This document shows, piece by piece, positions 61,832 to 64,000 of a stretch of 64,000 bases of DNA; position 1 is the stretch's first letter; each line of letters opens with the position of its first letter. The stretch is from Callorhinchus milii (Eukaryota): positions 112,470,001 through 112,534,000 of the forward strand of contig NW_024704742.1 of NCBI RefSeq assembly GCF_018977255.1, read 5' to 3'. Below the pieces are notes generated by a model, which was not told where the DNA came from, searched no databases, and was given only the letters and a program-made list of their open reading frames with translations. Made by a program: the position numbers and the translations under genes.

Positions 61832-62155
61832 AACAACAACAACAAAATTGCATTTGTAAAGCACCTTTCATGTCGAGAGAACGTCCCAAGGTGCTGGACA
61901 GACAGAGGTTCAGACTCGAGCTGGGAGTCGGGGTCAGAGAGGGTGGTGGTAAGCAGGGAGATCAAAAGCACGGTCAAAAAGGAGGGTCTTGAGATGGGTC
62001 TTGAAGGTGGCAAGGGAGGGGATGAGGTGGAGGGACTGTGGGATGGAGTTCCAGAGTGTAGGGGCAGAGTGGAGGAACACCCACCCATCAATAGTGGGGC
62101 GAGCGAGGCGGGGACGTGAAGCAGGCCAGAGCCCGCTGAGTGGAGAGAATGAGCA
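61832..62155 (-). mobile_element. L2 3' fragment
   Basis: (caa)n tail and gggatggagttccagagtg, similar to 13150-13440. Confidence 0.9.
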
Positions 62156-62789
62156 TTAAAAATGTAGGTTGGCACTTAAAATCTCTTTAAGAATTATGCA
62201 AAAATATCTTTCAAATCAAGACTCAATTTAAGAGTTTTCTGCACAATCTTAAGTTTTGAGACAATGAACTTAAACCTAAGGCAACGAGAAATTTCTGAAT
62301 CACAGTTCAAGCAGTAGCCAAAGTAAATTAAAAGGAAACACATCACACACACGACAAGTAATGACACGGATCATTACATTATAATCCAAGTGATTTTTTC
62401 TGTTCAGGTCTCCGCTGAGATTTACGACTCTTCCAGGGCCCTGTCTCTCTCTGACATGAAGCTCATTTCTTTAAATGTTCTATTTCCCTCAGTAATACCT
62501 CATTTGCATTTGTGAGAAGGGAAAAAAGACTTGAACACTTTCTGGATGAGTTCACATGCAACCTTGGCAATTATTAACAGTATGTGTTTGATTGACTGGG
62601 AAACATCTGCACTGTCCAATGTAGATGAGCACAAGGCAAAAAATAAAGATGTTAATACAAGGTGTAAAACACAATTTTGAGAAAAAGTGGTGCGAAAAGA
62701 CCATTTTCTGACCGTAAGTAAATTTAGAGACCTGGCTGGGTGGTGGTTCCCATAGTCTCACCCATAGGATCACTCTGTTCAAATTAAAA

Positions 62790-63232
62790 TTGAACATTGC
62801 ACAGAATTTTTAAAAATGTTAGCTTCAATCTTATTTTGGAAGCTATTTTTCATGGGCTTCCAAATCACGATTGAATTTAAGAATTTTAAAAAATTTTGCT
62901 CCATCTTAAATTTTAAAGCAAAGTCATATTTTTAAAGTGTTTCCAAACCAGACAGTGTTCCACATATGTATGCCATCTATGTACAACAACAACAATGACA
63001 TTACATTTATTGAAATTTTCCCATGTCTGGAATGGAATGTACACTCTCTCCCTGAAGGGACACACCTTGTTTACCTGAATCTGGAGTATTGGATGCAGGT
63101 TGGTAAGAACTAAGGCTTGGGGACCTTGGTTCTTGGGGAGAGGGTGTTACTGAGAATAGGCTTTTTCTTGAGTTTAACCAGTTAAAACCACCTAGGTTGC
63201 CATTGCGAGCACTTTCTGGCAAGAATCTATTG
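62790..63232 (-). mobile_element. Family X copy including the terminal hairpin
   Basis: ttgccattgcgagcactttctggcaag, aatggaatgtacactctc, aaaccaga..gttccacat.tgtatgcca.ct, hairpin core tttggaagc/gcttccaaa. Confidence 0.8.
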
Positions 63233-64000
63233 TCAGCAATGCCCTGGAGTGGTATGCACACCACATAATCTTGGCTTAATTCTGGCATTCTGTGACCAAG
63301 CACATCACCTTGAAGTGAGCTCAGATCCCAGATCACATGATAGTATGGTCACAAACCAGATTATGCCTTCCAGCATCTGTCATCCCAAGCCTCAGAATTT
63401 TCTTATCAGCTATTCAATGGACGTCTGCTTTAGCATGGTAGAAGGGCTGTATCGACAAAACAGCTTGTGAGATGCCAGCCACTTTGATGTTCTAGAGGTC
63501 CACATCTAGTCCACATCTGGGAATGGGTGAGGGGGAGAGGGTAAAGAGAAAAAAACACCAGCTATAGAACACAATTCTACAACATGCAATCAAATTCTCC
63601 TATACCCACAATCTTTTGGATGGATTTCATCCACCATTAGTGTTCATTGAGACCCACTTCCAATGTAAGTGCATTTGACCATGTTCCATAACTAATCAAA
63701 TGTGCAGCTTTACAAAATTAAATGGATCTGGCACCAGTGCTTGGCTGAATTAATATTCATTCTGCTGAAATTCACTGCAATGTTAAACCTATATAACATT
63801 TTATGAACCAGTGCAAATACTAATTGCAATTTTATGCCTAGGCAGATATTTTTCACTTGCCAATAAGTCAGCATTAAAATTTCTATTGGGTGGAATATCA
63901 CGTCTATACTTCTCCTGATGGTAGGATAATGAATGTCAATGTTACCTTTATTCTTTGTAAATGCTAAATATTGATGGAGTAGTGTATCTGTATCCAGCTT

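Overview
This is eukaryotic, vertebrate-type DNA made almost entirely of repeats and apparently non-coding sequence. It contains no prokaryotic features such as operons or CRISPR arrays, and I could not recognise any host protein-coding gene. The repeat content points to a cartilaginous fish, possibly a holocephalan (inference). It includes many L2-clade LINE fragments, one near-full-length but disabled (42706-45731, minus strand), and CR1 3' ends. There is an old SacSINE1-like Deu-SINE family, a younger tRNA/CORE-like/Deu-like SINE with an L2-type tail, and an LF-SINE-like relic. Most ORFs in the supplied track are LINE pieces or chance translations of SINEs and microsatellites. A CpG-rich promoter-like island lies at about 15180-15400, with weakly supported candidate exon chains on both sides. 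The most notable observations are: (1) two short Penelope-type elements carrying hammerhead-ribozyme cores, one flanked by a perfect 15-bp duplication; (2) an unclassified repeat of about 0.5 kb with a terminal hairpin, present in at least six copies; (3) SINE subfamilies whose 3' stem-loop keeps its stem while the loop matches different L2 partners; (4) a 69-bp hAT MITE nested inside a SINE; (5) a 25-bp direct repeat with a TATA box and CRE at the L2 5' end. Repeat boundaries were set by eye and are approximate (often +/-20-50 bp). Family names come from recalled consensus sequences, not from a database search.
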